NCBI GenBank assembly: GCA_976226885.1 | Contig: OZ320319.1 | Span: forward strand, 65,472,001 to 65,536,000 | Source of the DNA: Iphione sp. A-MEVVRFRX5 | Taxonomy: Eukaryota | DNA: 64,000 nucleotides | Direction of reading: 5' to 3' | Shown here: one piece after another, positions 14,411-28,200 of the stretch | How positions within the stretch are numbered: position 1 is the stretch's first letter | How the letters are laid out: every line of letters starts with the position of its first letter | Position numbers and translations under genes: made by a program | The notes under the pieces: model-generated | What the model was told of the DNA's origin: nothing | Database searches by the model: none | What the model saw: the letters and a program-made list of their open reading frames with translations, nothing else

Positions 14411-17400
14411 AGATATGAGGAAAGGTGAGAAACGTGCCTCCAGCAACCTGACGTCTTTGTACAGGCACAGAGCCAGAATCAACAACGTTGATGAGCACAG
14501 TGTTAAGCCTTCCACATCTCTCAAAAACAATTCCCGTATTACTGTCATAGAGAAAGTTGTGACAATCTTTTAGCATGAATGCATTAGTGATCTTGGTTGA
14601 ACAAACGAAACCCTACAACGTACCACTGCACGTATTCAACGCTGAAGTGAGAGATATTTGTCAAGTCAAGTGTACCGGCGTGGCATGTACCTAGTTCGCT
14701 GGCTTGGGTGAGTGCTCCTCTGCACCTTGATTGTCAGTGTATGACCACCGGATGCACCCTCAATAGGCATCATTGAGGCCAGTGCCATCACCAAAGTAAG
14801 TGACGCTGAGTTACTCTAGTCAGGTGTATTGCCTTCGAGTGTCACTGGCAGATCTGTATATGCTTACAATTTACCTTACGCAACAGTATGCATGCTTCTG
14901 GTGGAGCTTGAGAAAATATTTGCGCAGCAATTCCTTTTAGACATCGGTGGTCAAAGACTGACTAGTCCTGCCTTTCAGCTAGTGTGCCTATGTTTGCATC
15001 TCTGTAACATTTCGCTCAATTTATTTGTTAGCCAGAGCACAACCATTCAGTAGATCTAAACGTTTCGCAGTTGTGTCTGTTTCGGTATTTGCGTGATGGT
15101 TTGACAATTCTCTACGTTATGTTTATGTGTGTGTATATGTGTGATTGGTTGGTATGTGCGCCATACAGTCAAAGATAATGAAACTGGTACGACGTTTCTT
15201 TCTCGTCAACAAAAGTTCTCATCAAACCTTCTCGACATCTTGAAAGGATGGACGCCATCTCCTCTGTGATTCGATGCCAGCATACATGTTCCTTGGTTTA
15301 CTTTAAATAAGTTCAAATCATCGATTACGCAATCGGTTTCTAATTAACACCATGGCGTTTCATTGTACTTATCCAGTAAAACTATCGTGACTTTAAATTT
15401 CAGATGAATGCACCATTTTTTTAGATGTCAGCAGCCGATATTTCTGCATGTAAAAAAAGCCCTGTTCTGAACCTGGGTGAACAAGATATTATTTGACATG
15501 ATCATCTCTGAAATCACTTCAAACGCTCATTATCTCCCAGCAGTTTCAATTGATGTTACGCCGTGACTTATTCGTTTTACATATCTACATTATAATGTAG
15601 ATACTATATGACTAACTCGGCGTTTTCATTTACGTTCTTACGTACATTAGACACACACGAAAGGATTATTTCTATTACATTATGTAAATTATAGCTATGA
15701 GCTTCCTGGTCGGAAAACATCTTTTATTGTGCGCGGTTTTCACGGCAGGGAATGACATGAAATGAAGTGATGTGACAGAATGAAAAGAGGTTTCCATTAC
15801 TCCAGTATACATGGAAAACTGTTTAGCAGAGAGAGATAGCGATGCACTGCACAACAAGGGTTCAAGGACTCTCCTGCAGAAACCTATATTGTGTAGGCAA
15901 CCTTTTGATAATGTAATACATTATGGTCTAGGTTAGCTATTTTGACACACTAATAAAATCTAATGCAGTGCACAATATTGCTTTCTCTTAGTAGAAAGAG
16001 ACGACGGGAGAGTCGAAGGAGACGTTGAGAATGGGCTCCTAGACGTAAATTTTATACCACCTTGGCTTCGTTTCCCAGGGCACTGTCTTATGTCATGAGA
16101 GACGAATGGTGACTCAAATATACCTCCCTTGCATAGAAATAGTGGTTAATTTAATTTAATCACGAAACCAACGGTACGATAGCCTGCTTGTTGATGCAGG
16201 GTGATCCGACCACGTACTCCAGTAGCACCATATACCTAAGTCGTGTATAGCTGCGCCACAGGACTCTGCTATTAAACGGGGTTTGTTGCTAGAAACCCCG
16301 ATTAACGTGACTTCAGTGAGGTGAAAACGGTCGAAGGGACGGACGAGTGGACGTCCATCTTCTTGTCCCAGCCGTTTACGGGGGGGGGGAGGGAGAGAGT
16401 GGGGGTAGGTTCAACCCGCCCGCACTACCAACCATCGCCATTGGCACTCAGCTGAGTGGCCACCCGGTAGGACCAGGGACCTTTGATGGTCTTAAGGTGC
16501 GGGAAGCCATTGTCGAGTCGTGCCACTCGAAAAAGGCTTTTAGTCGCTTTGCCTATAGCCACCAAAGGTACATCCTCACCGCAGCCCGGGCAGCGCCTTA
16601 CATCAGGCCGGGCATCGGAGCACCGGCTCCCACTGCGGTCTCTTTTACCTCCCAGGTAAAGGGTCAGCGCCTTCGATTGTATCGTCAATATCACGCTAAT
16701 GAACGCATTAGGATCAGCAGCCACCGCCAAGCCGCCAGCACTTGCCGTGGGTTAGTACTCTTTGACAGTCGGACAACCCCTGGCCTACACTTGCGCTATT
16801 GGTTTCACTTGGACGAGGAGCCTACTTTTAACGCCGAGTTCATGAGGGGGTGCCAATATTCTACAGCTGGTTGACACTCAACAGTGGTGTATGATTAGGT
16901 TCAATCGCTCTCCTCTTGACTATATTTTGGCCTCTCTGGACTGGCTGCCCAAACTAACCACCTGTCTCATTGATTTCTAACGTTTTCTCTCACAGACCTA
17001 CAGATGCCTCCATGTTTGGGCAGGTGGCGTTTAGTATAGCCTCCTGGAATGCAGCGCACTCGGTTGCTGCCAACTACGCACCAGGTTCCGATTTGCCGCA
17101 TTATCTCTCGGGCACTGACATCTGCCTGACGCGTTCGGCGGAAAGGGGGAATTTCCACCCTGGGACCTCCCCGTCAGTCCAACGGGAAAATACAGGGGCA
17201 ATCACTCCAAGTTAAGTCAGTATGAGGTCAACACCTAGCAAGCTGTAGAATGTTAAACACCATCTAAGTAGAACATATTGAATCGAATTCTTGTACGTAT
17301 AATAATTATAGTAGTGACCGAACATCGCAGAATGCATATTTCCCCCACTTCTCCATATATCCATGTAATTTACCGTCATTCCTGATAGGATGATAATACT

Positions 17401-17619
17401 GAGATCAAATAGTTGGAATCAGGTATTCATATCAAGGAGGCATACATTACGAAGAACAAAGAACTCACTCTATAGGGATCGACTGTGTCATTATTTGGAT
17501 GCAGAATTCTAATTGATCTGTTGAAATCATGTTGAAAAGTGAGTAAAAATGAAGAAATATGAATGCATCAGTGTGTGGTGGTGCCTGTGTGCGCGAAATT
17601 ATCGGACCTGGATTGGTTT

Positions 17620-17872
17620 GAGGAGAGGTAGGGCAGGGAGGGAGAGAGAAGAGAGGAAGAGAGACAGAGGGGGGAGGGAGGGGAAGAGAGGCAGACAGAG
17701 ATAGAAAAAAGGAGAGAGGGAGAGAAAAGAGAGGTAATAGTAGAGAAAGGGGGGAAGAGAGAGAATGAGAGAGAAAGAGAGGGAGAGAGCAGTGGGGCAG
17801 AGTGGAGGGAGGAGAGAAAGAGATAGAGAGAGGATAGAGAGGGGAGAGAGAGAGAGAGAGGGGAGGAGGGGG
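17620..17872. repeat. Polypurine (GA-rich) low-complexity tract
   Basis: About 250 bp almost entirely A/G on the + strand, including (GA)n runs. It causes the spurious Ser/Leu/Pro ORFs at 17465-17947. Confidence 0.95.
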
Positions 17873-20800
17873 CCATGCTTTAAGTAAGTTACATAACTCA
17901 TAGAGCATTTTACTTGACATATTCACGCAGAAGGGAAAGGCCTGCACCTTGGACTAATCCCTTCTGTGTGAATATATCACGTACAATACTCTACTCGGTA
18001 TGTAACTAATACTTAATGATAAAAGTAAAAAAATTCAAATTCAAAGCGGGAGTGTCGTTACATAAAAATAAAATGTATATGACGTATATGGTTACTATTG
18101 ATAACAATGATGCTACTTATGTAAAATATTTACACATAATAATTTATATTCAGTATAACAGCTAGTTCAAGAATACCTCTTCCTAAACAGGCATATGGAG
18201 TGAGGTTTTTTACTCACGTTATTTGCCTTCGGCCACTGAAATCGCTAAACATTCCTGCTAAGTAGTACATGTATACAAGTGATGTTCATAGAGTTGTGTT
18301 CTGAGAGACGCATTGCGATGGACGGGAAGAGATTCAAATCTTGAGACAAGGAGTTGTATTATTTCTCATCCGCTTACTTACTCCACTTCCTCAGCCTTTA
18401 CTAACCATATCTCTGTCAGACATAGCCAAAAGAAGGTAGGATAGATCAATTATGTGTCATATTGCCGTCCTGGGTAAACCTCTTCTAAAACGCACTACAA
18501 CCTATTCTTAAGAGATGAATACCACTTACCTGTGACCGCGGTCTTAATATTGGATAAATAGGATTCGTGAGTCAACTTGTGGACACATCCGAGAACCGGA
18601 TGTATCCCGAATGCAGAAGGTTTTATTATTAACGGAATGAGTCATATACATTATACATGTACTATACTAGTTTAGTTCCCCGTGTCTAGTCTGGATGACA
18701 CACATCAGGGTCTAGTAGTGGACTTGCATCGTTGTCCCGCTGCATTTTAAAACGTTCTGAGGAATGATTTCAGTGTGAAACATGGCACTATGGAAGGGTG
18801 ATGCCTGGCTGCAGGTGCTGCAGGTGCTAAAACCGCATCCGAGAGACAATTTAAATCATGAGCCGTAGGTTGTAGAGAGGTACAATGGACGTGTAGCTTT
18901 CACTACAACATATTTCCACCAAAAAATACCTAATTTAAACATTATTACCTTACTACTGTGCAGATCTGTCGTATTTTAGTCGACACTTTCAAGACTCCCC
19001 TACCAGGAGATGCACATGGCAGGGAAAGGGAAGCAGTCTGGGAACGAGACATGTCCAAAATGCGAACGATTCCTCTGAGTCCTTGCGAAATCTGGTTTAG
19101 ACGTTCTAGTGATTCCCTGCATTATATGAAGGCACAGCCATCACACCCTAAAATATTATGGTACATGAAATGTGCCGTGAGACGTGATCATAGGCCAAGG
19201 TACTGGCTGAAATTGCCCTAGTACCATTCACCTATGCCCCCGTTTTTAGCGTTTTTATATGCCAACTTCATGTAAATCCTGGCATCTAAGTCATTATGCA
19301 AGTTTAATCTACAGGAAAAACCAGACCAGAGGTCCTTACTATGGCATGATACAAAACTGGGTACAAAGCCATGAATGTTAATTCAATTAACATAGAGTGA
19401 TTTGTTCCTCAAAACAGAACTGGTACTTCTATACAAACGTACAAATAATTTGATATGTTAGTTTCGGACATGAGCATGGTTTTACCTAAATTATGTGTAC
19501 AAGCAGAAGGGTACACTAGAGCTCATTAGAAGGCAAATATGAGTAAAGGCCAGTTTGGGTGCTTGCCCGATTTTGAAAAGAGTAGGTCACAGATTCTTAT
19601 GTTTGTGTAAATCTCAATGGAACATGTACTCTGATTGGGGGACAATATTCTTGTCCATATTCCATTGTCAACACCTCCATATTACTTATGACCAGGCTTC
19701 GAAATTTACACGCACCCAGTGACCATCGATAAACTGTTTTCAGTATAGGTTCACTATTCTTGTCCTAATCATAAATGATTTGATCCAGGTGGTCAGCTGA
19801 TTTTACAGCAGGTGTGACTTTGAAATGGCCGAGTGTGAAACGTTTTCCTCTCCCTTTTCGACTTCCGTTTTCTTTCTTCCATTTTCCTCTCTCCCTCCTG
19901 TTATCCCACCTACCTTTCTCTCCGGTTCACTCCATGTCTTCTGTTTTTCTCCATCAGGCTCAACCAAAATTACGTTGGTGGAAAGGACTCCCTTCTTCGT
20001 TAATCTTTTCTACCTCCCAAAAGTAACTATGGTTGAGACCTGCCTAAGAGACGAACCCTGGAACTGGCGAAGTTTGGTCTCTCCTACAGCTTGGTTTCAT
20101 TTCACATATTCTTATTATAGAAAAATGAATCATTTGGTCTTAGAAATGTTGGTCTCTTCCCAAATTTGGTCTCCCCTGTGGATTCGTTGTTAACTGAGCC
20201 TCTACTGTATCAGTTGGGTGTGAGTCCACACTCTGGAGTAGGTTGCTGTACCCCTATCCAGTGTACCTAATGACCAGGGCTGAAGATCGTGTCTGGGGTA
20301 CCCCAATCTATAGGGCGCTGGAGTAAATTATGTTCTCTGCATGAGAAGTGGGGAATTCCCAGGAAATTCAAACAGCTTGGCACATGTCTCCAGTCAGTAC
20401 TATGGGAAATGCCTATACCAGAATCATTTTCTTTTTATACAACAATAAATTTTTGTTATTTTTGCCTAAAATTTGAAATGTGCAAAGGTTTAAGGATAAA
20501 GAATATTTTGATCTGAAAAAAATTCATTTAAAAATAAAATATAGGATTACAGTAAAATGCTTTTGCATACTCATAGATATGGGTTAGGTGTATAAGCACT
20601 GAAAATTTCAAAGAAAATAGAACAATGGTTCAGCTTCCAGAGACATTCATAGATCTGGTCCCATACATAATGCATTGTGAGAAATGACTGCCTGTGCCCA
20701 GCCCCTCCTGAGCAGGAAGTTGAACTCGTGTGAACTACGGCACCCTATTGTCAGTTGAAACTTCACCTGGTGAACCTTCAGTATAGGAACGTCTGGAGAA

Positions 20801-21149
20801 CCCCAACTGGAACCTGGGCTTGAGGTGACCATCTACATGTATGTTATGGTGCATGAATCTTTACTGCATCATATATTATTCATTTCATTTTCATTGTATC
20901 TTTTACCAGGAACTAGATATTCAGCTATAATTTTAGCTGTTCTTCCATATCCTCCTGGGGTAGCATACTACAATCTATTATTGAGAACTGAGAGACCAGA
21001 ACACCCAGGGTTGTCCCATATTCATATTTTAAATAGGATTCTGGGTCTTTTTGTGCATAGGGGACAGAATCCTATACACCCACAGCCATTTTTATAAGTT
21101 GTGGACCACTCTACGTTGGAGCTCCAGTAAATGTGTATGGTCATGACCA

Positions 21150-21200
21150 AGGGTCCAAGAGCCAGGATTGAGCCAGCAACCTCTCAATCAGTGGACTTAC
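21150..21200 (-). mobile_element. Possible tRNA-derived SINE head fragment
   Basis: Minus strand GTCCACTGATTGAGAGGTTGCTGGCTCAATCCTGGC resembles the anticodon-to-T-loop (B-box) part of SINE heads. No clear A box. Confidence 0.3.
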
Positions 21201-24200
21201 TTTTTGAGAGAACAAGACATTCTGTACAAAAATAAGTCATTTAGAGCGAAATATGCTTTCAAAGCACATATAACAGGTGTGTACACATTAGATTTAAGAA
21301 ATGTTATTCATAATTTTGGTGGAAACAATCTATATTGCATATGTCATTGCTAAACTCCTGAGTTGAGCAGACAGCCACCATTTTGTTTACTATTATTTCA
21401 TATTTTTCAGAATTGAGATAATTACCAATATAAAGCAAAATCTCATTAAAAAGAACAGTGTTAAGGTCACATCAGACCAATGCACTCCTAAGGTAATAGT
21501 AAAGAATAGGATATGCACCCCTATGCCACGTTAGAACAATAAACGAATCAAAGGGCAAACCTTTGGTGGGACCGGTGTGTAACAATTGGTTGGTTAAAGA
21601 CCTGTTAAAACATCTTGTATAAAAACAGCCAAGGTCACCTACGGCGGCAGCGGTAACGGAACCAATAAGGGGAATTACTAAGCTCCTCTTTACGTGGTGT
21701 GCAGCCAGGCCTGTTATTATTTTCATGGTTAACCTTGGTCTGCCCACAGCTTATTAACAACAATGACAACGGCTCCCAGTATGTTCGTGTCCCTGTCATC
21801 AGTGCCATAATTAACGTAATTGCTTGTAACTGGCACCGAGCTATGTCTCACTTTAGCCTTATCGGGCGATGTGCTCCAATTATTTCACCTTCCACAATTG
21901 ACCAGTTCCACAAGGTGGGATATCCCTTAATTTATCCGGGTTATCATTAGTGGGAGATCTAACTTCTGCGTAACAAGTTTATGTAATCCAATGCGGCAGG
22001 ACTTACATAACACCGACCCTTGACATTACCTCAGTTGTAGCAGCAGCCGCCTGCATTCCCAGTGCTATCAGATAAGCTTCTCGTGGGTAGACTGCTTCAG
22101 GGTCTGCGTCGGCCAGTAGTGAAATTACTAAGATTTTCCTGCAGGAACGACGTTATTCACTCTCTTTGACGGCGACGGAGCAGCCCTTACATTCTCTAAA
22201 CCTCAGACCCTGCCAACTAGCAATAGGAAAATTATGTGGAGAAGAATTATGATGAAGCATTCTGTCTGTCCTGCAGAACCTTTTATGAAATAATCTGACA
22301 GCTAACGTCTTGCGACTCCATAGTTTGTTACTTCTGGGGCTCCAGTGACTTTCCCCCACCGATCACCTGCTCTTTATTCAACGCTGACACAAAGTTTGCA
22401 CCAGATGCTACAGAGGCCATACATGGCTGGAACCTTAAGGACTACATCACTTGCCCACGTCCTCCCCCTCAAATACCCAAGCCTTTGCTCCCAACAGTCC
22501 TGCAGCCAGCGGCACCAAGTTGATAGCTGCTGCAGGCCACGCCCAGTTTGATGGCTTCCGTCCACTCACAGCCCACGGTGCAAATTGACCACAGCGTTAG
22601 GCACAAACGAGAACGAATTGAAGCGTCACTTCTGATTGGTTGAAGACCGTGTTTGCCTCGGCTCTGACAGATAGTGCATTTGAATGGCTTGTCACCACCT
22701 TATCAAATTCGTCTAGTCACATTAGTGAGTCACCAATGATGTAATCATTCCTCCAGGTCATTCTAGGTCCTTTCAGATTTTACAAATCAGGATAAGGCTT
22801 CACCACAAAACGCCTTTTGTGATATATCACTCTTGTGCAAGGGTAGTTATCTTTCTTGGAGAGAAGGCACATCAAGAATATTCCTGATTTAATCAAAGTG
22901 CTTTTCCACGTGTGCATGCAGGTAATAAACTCACTGAACTGATTAATCAGATATCGATATTCAGTCAAGTTTTATACTTCCACATGCACTTGTATACATA
23001 GGTATATGGCTTGGGCAGGTCAATCAGTATGTGCATTTGACGTGTTGATATGGTATACCTGCATATCCACATACCCCCATTGAGAAAAGCAAAAGGCAAT
23101 GTCAGAAAGACTTATACGGTGCACAATCGACCTATTGATTCTGGGGTTACAACAAGGGATGTTTTGCCCCTATGGAAGGGAGTGGCCAGTTGTCATGGTG
23201 ACAGCCACTCAGTGCATGGGGCACCAAAGGCCTTCTTTGACAAACATCTCACACATGGCAGAGCTGACAGACTTAAAGACAGAGGGTGAGTTTCTCCCAC
23301 CACTGCTAAAAACTATAGAAGGTAGGAGAAAATGGTTTGGCACGTGTATTTAAGACATGAAGGATTTTAAGTTGAGATATGAGAGATTTCCATGGGGAAC
23401 TGAGAAAACTACAGCAGTGGAAATTTGGGACTTTTTTTTGGCAGGAACCAATGCAGAATGTCATTACGATGTTTAAGGTGCCAATAACTAGGTCATGTAC
23501 TCAGGCAACACAGGGTGAATCGATGGGTCCATTTGCTGACATCCTTTAAAGATGAACGTGGTTCTAAGAACCTGAATATCCTTACAAAAACACAGGATGC
23601 ATAAATGTCTGACGTCCTTCAGAGATAAACATGGTTTTAAGAACACAAATACAAACAAAAGGTCCAAAAGTGAAAGGCTTGCGCGGGCTTGAATGGCTAA
23701 AGAGTACCTTGGCCCTACAACGTAGCTGAAAACCACTGATACCTATTGAACCCAGGTACTCATTCAATGTGCCTGAACCGCACATGTACTGTCATTGTCT
23801 TGGCTGGATCAACGAGAGTGTTTATTGACCTTCACTGAATCTGACCACGAAGTAAATCTGGCGAATTACTGGGGTCGTAAAGATCAATACCGTGAACGCT
23901 TACGACAATGTGACTGCAGGACTGCACCTCCGCACTGGGATATTGTGCACTTCCGTACATGTATAAATTATCGAAGGACGGAAGTTACTTAGGCGTTAAG
24001 TACAAATATATATCACCTTAACGGTTTCTTATTCTAGGTGACGCGGAAGACTGTATGTAGTGTGCTAATTTGATAACCGTGAAGGGATCCCGCCTCATCA
24101 TGATTTGTGGGTAGATGTACACACTAATTCAGTTAGGGACATCCAGCTGGGAGGAAGGGCTCGGGGACAGCGTATAGCTATGCATAATTTATTTGGAACG

Positions 24201-24299
24201 GCCTGTTGAGGGACAGAGAGGAAAACGCTAAGCTGATGATCACCTCAGAATGTGCCGGTATGTGATGATGTCTTCCCTTAATAACATAAGACCATATGC

Positions 24300-25230
24300 T
24301 ACTGTCAGGGAGCTACAGTTACTCAACTTCAGGAAAATGCACAGCGGTTCCACGCGTTCTTGGAGGAAGTGCTGCAAACTGTATCTGAATGTTTTTAATG
24401 CATCATCTAAGCCTAAGCAATGATACTGCACTAGCTATGCTCCCATGGGACATCTGTGAAGCAATTATCAGGAGCATGCATGCTGGTGCTGTAATCTGTG
24501 ATGTGTCCCATGCTTTGATATCATTGATCACAGTGTGATACTTCAGAGACTAGATTAAGCTGGGACAGGGAATCAAATTACTGAATGGACGGAGTTGTAT
24601 CTAAACAGATAGAGTACATCAGTTACAATTCAGTCGAACCAGCATGCAAGCCAGACCATTATGGTATCCAGCCTAATGGGGCCTATTCTTTGTTGTATTA
24701 TTAGTTTTATAGCATGCATGATGCACAATTAACAACCGAATCAGTCACATTACCTCTGACTTCACTTTGAATTCCACGAATGTACCTTCCCTGTTGTGGA
24801 AACTGCAGAAGGGTATTAAAATGTGCTACGATAGACAGATTCTAATGGGCTACAGGTAAATCTGAACATATTATGTATGCGTTGGTCAGAGCAGGTTATT
24901 CAAAACCACCTCGAAATGCTTAGGGTACATGGCTGATAGATAGCTGACCTGGAAAAGCTAGAAAAACATATTCCTTTTGAGAGCAAAGGGCAGGCCTTTA
25001 AATTGTTCATCCTGCCATGTTTTTACTATGGCCTGGAATTACTGGTACGCTCTAACACGAAGTTTTTTTGACAGACTTCAGATTACCTGTAAAAGGCTTT
25101 CGGAGAGATTTCTGCGACGGAAACCGACGAACCAGTGCAGTGCTATTTTAGAAAGAAGGAGAATTGGACTGGACTTATTAAAGCAACTATTACAATGCAT
25201 TTATTACTAGGCTCAGTCTATCCAACATAA
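24300..25230 (+). mobile_element. Decayed non-LTR retrotransposon (L2/Crack/CR1-group) reverse transcriptase relic
   Basis: Manual translation across one frameshift and stops gives TALAMLPWDICEAI..GAVICDVSHA[F]DIIDHSVILQRL..EWTELYLNR..MGPIL, and later AFKLFILPCFYYG / FDRLQITCKR. This follows the order of the LINE motifs STxTAL, GAVFLDLSKAFDTIDHxILLxKL, WFxSYLxxR, LGPLLF, LVLPxLDY and LDRLQ. Confidence 0.85.
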
Positions 25231-28200
25231 TTACATTTACTATGCTTAATTCTACACATGTAAGATTGTCATTTAGGTATGATGGGGGCAATAGGTGTAA
25301 TTATCTTGTGTCATTGAGAGGTTCTGTCATTGTCAAAGAATTCAAGTTCTTAAATCGTCATATTTCTCTACTTGTCGCCGGACGACATATATTATCTGCC
25401 TTGACTTTGAGAAGTGCAATCAAAATATTGAACTTTAAATATTCCTACCTACACTACTGGGTCCTTATTATTATGATTTTTAAGGTAAACATTACAAGAT
25501 GGAGTTAGGCACTGCACAGTGGGCATCCTAATATACGAGGTGACAATTTTTCATCGATACCTTCGCTACTATTCCAATTCCAATTATTCTTTGCTTTTTG
25601 CTGTCCCCGTTTCTTTGTCCAGTGATACCACCCATCGCCTCTCCTCTGTCGTCTCCATCTCTTTCCAACTGTCTCTATCCCAGATTACATTATCTCCTGT
25701 TCTCCCCCATCTACCATATTTCTTTGCATCTGTCCCCACCTCTTATCCAGTGCTCCTACCCTTTCTTGCTGTCCCTTTGCGACTGTTACTGCTCCATCTT
25801 ATATCCCTCTATCATTATACATACATAGACGCATATAATCGTGTCTCTTGCTCTGGTCTCCTGGTGTAGTGTGCATGATGGCTCCATGATCAGTCAGCCA
25901 TGATGGCGGTAGTGTGATCAATCAGAAGCTGCCCATTGTGCCACCACCCGTACCACCTCCAATACCCAAAGCATAGCCACCCATATCACCTCCCGCTTCC
26001 CTAACATTAGCCAACAACAGGAGGTGGTCAGTATATTGCCAGTTGCTGAAGGTGTCTCACCTACTTACGTACCTACATCCTACCCTAAACTACCTGCCCA
26101 CAGGGAGCCTCCGTGAAAAAAAATGTAACCAGAGGCCAGTACAAAATCAAAGGAGGCAGCATGAAGGTAGCACATCACAGTGCTCCTGAAACAATGCAAC
26201 TTCAACACTGACTGAGAAATGGACCCCCAATAAAAATTGAGAAACTATTCACAAAATATCTTTATTTACCATACTCTATTAATATACTTATGTCTGTTAT
26301 CTATGGTAATGTTATCACCGAAAAAACTGTCTTACCAAGGAAAACTGTCGGACTATGTAGTGAATGTAATGAGGAAATATACATTCCGAGCGCATCATTT
26401 CCAGTGCACTCTACTTAAAAAAACTATTTCATATACCGAGGTCAACAATGGAGTTTTTCTCAATGTGCAGGCATCTGTCAAATCATACAGTACCTCAATT
26501 GAAAACGTGTTTTCCAGCAAATAATATCGGGGAAATAGGGAATGGGGCAGTCTCCTGGTAGGCAGTTCAGCCACCCGAATACTCCACGTGGCCTAGCGTT
26601 TGCTACATTTAAAGGCAGACGGTGGAGTGTAATTTTCAGAAATTAACTTGAATAAGCTTTCTCTATTTCACTCTGTTGTTGGTATAACAATACTGAGACA
26701 GTGGGTTCGTGTGATCAGCCGCACGAGTTCGACCTGAAAAGGGAGAACAGGCTGAACGAGAAGGCCAATCATATGAGACATCGTTATTGTCCTGTATATG
26801 ATATGGTCATGTCGACTTTTCTAGGAACTCATCGAGTCATGAAAAAACAGTTATAATATGATGTGCATCTATTTTTGCAAAGGTTAACGACATTCTTCAT
26901 AAAAGATCAGACTGCGACGAAGAGACTGACAGATTGCCGAAGAGTTGAACCACCTCGTCTCTTGGTCAGCTTTTGATGCAACAAATTGTTGTTTAAAGCT
27001 GCGGTCCTAAGAACAAAATGAGGTAACGTATTTATCTGATCTTTTACAGTAGAATATTTTAACGCAACAATATTTTGCTCAAATCACTGCTAGCATCGAA
27101 ACTCTGTGTACACTTAAACATTGAACGCTGACCCGTTCTATGCTTATGGGTATAATTATGTGTCAATAACTTCATTTTCATCTTCTGTGTCCTACTCCTT
27201 TGCTATTTGGACCTTTTAAGATTCTTAAAATATGCTGGTTTGAACAAAAACTATAACTATACAGCAGTCCCTCTATGACTTCTAGGAGGCGTTGAGAAAA
27301 TTCAAGTACATGGGACAAAACCCGTGTAAGTGTGGGTTTGTAAGTAATGAGATCTGACCGTGTAAGAATCGAGTTGAACAGCGTAAGGAAAAGCAGTCAC
27401 TTAGATTTAGACTTGGTGGTCAATAAACTAGGGTATCTCATTATTCTACAACGACCCTAACGAAGTTTAAGCCCGTGATCTGACTTCCCCTTCCTCATCG
27501 TATTGCTTCTGTACCAAATTAAATCCACACAATGTTACGAGACAGTAAAAGGACTGTCCACCATTACTCTATTACATTGATCCCGTATCTGATTCCAGCT
27601 AGGACCATGGAATAAGATGGAGAGGTGAGGCTACCCTATATACATGTATGAAACTGCCACTCGGGAAATTCAAAGTGATACGCAGTTCAGAGACACAAAT
27701 GCCTTTTACTATACTTTCGCTGAAAGGCACTGGGTCCGCAGATGTAAATCTATTCGCTGGTTGGCTTTGCACCACTTCCCTACTAAGGTGTTAAGCAGAG
27801 CAGTAGTAAATGGTTTTAGTTAACTCGGTAATCAATATATCGTCGCTGTCGTTATCTCCTATTCTTGCTGTTGGCACACAATAAGCCTTAACATTAATGA
27901 ACCGGTAATGGTGTGGTGGTGTCAAAGAGGTCATTGAGCGGTTGTTTACAACATATGTACGCTGCATCGAAGGCGTTAATGGCTGATGCCATCAACAGAC
28001 CTTGGCAGAAACGTAAGCCAAGTGAGAAGCTGAAGCATAGAATGATGCAGGCTGGAGACAAACAGCTTTGGAAAGAGCGTTGAGTGTTGCCATGCCATGC
28101 TTCAAAAGCTGCTTGTCTCATTAGGAATTGGATCGATGCTGCAAGCTAGGAATCTATCCATTGGCTCAAGACCAGCATATGTATCCGGATGGCCGATATT

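Noticed and set aside
17465-17947. Three overlapping minus-strand ORFs of 100-160 aa
   Set aside because: Artefacts of the GA-rich tract (Ser/Leu/Pro/Phe low complexity).
22300-22620. ATG-less + frame (CDSIVCYFWGSSDFPPPITCSLF...) and overlapping short ORFs
   Set aside because: No family match and no consistent exon boundaries.
25870-26200. Pro-rich frame with a short local duplication (CATGATGG..GATCA)
   Set aside because: Interrupted by stops, compositionally biased and not assignable.
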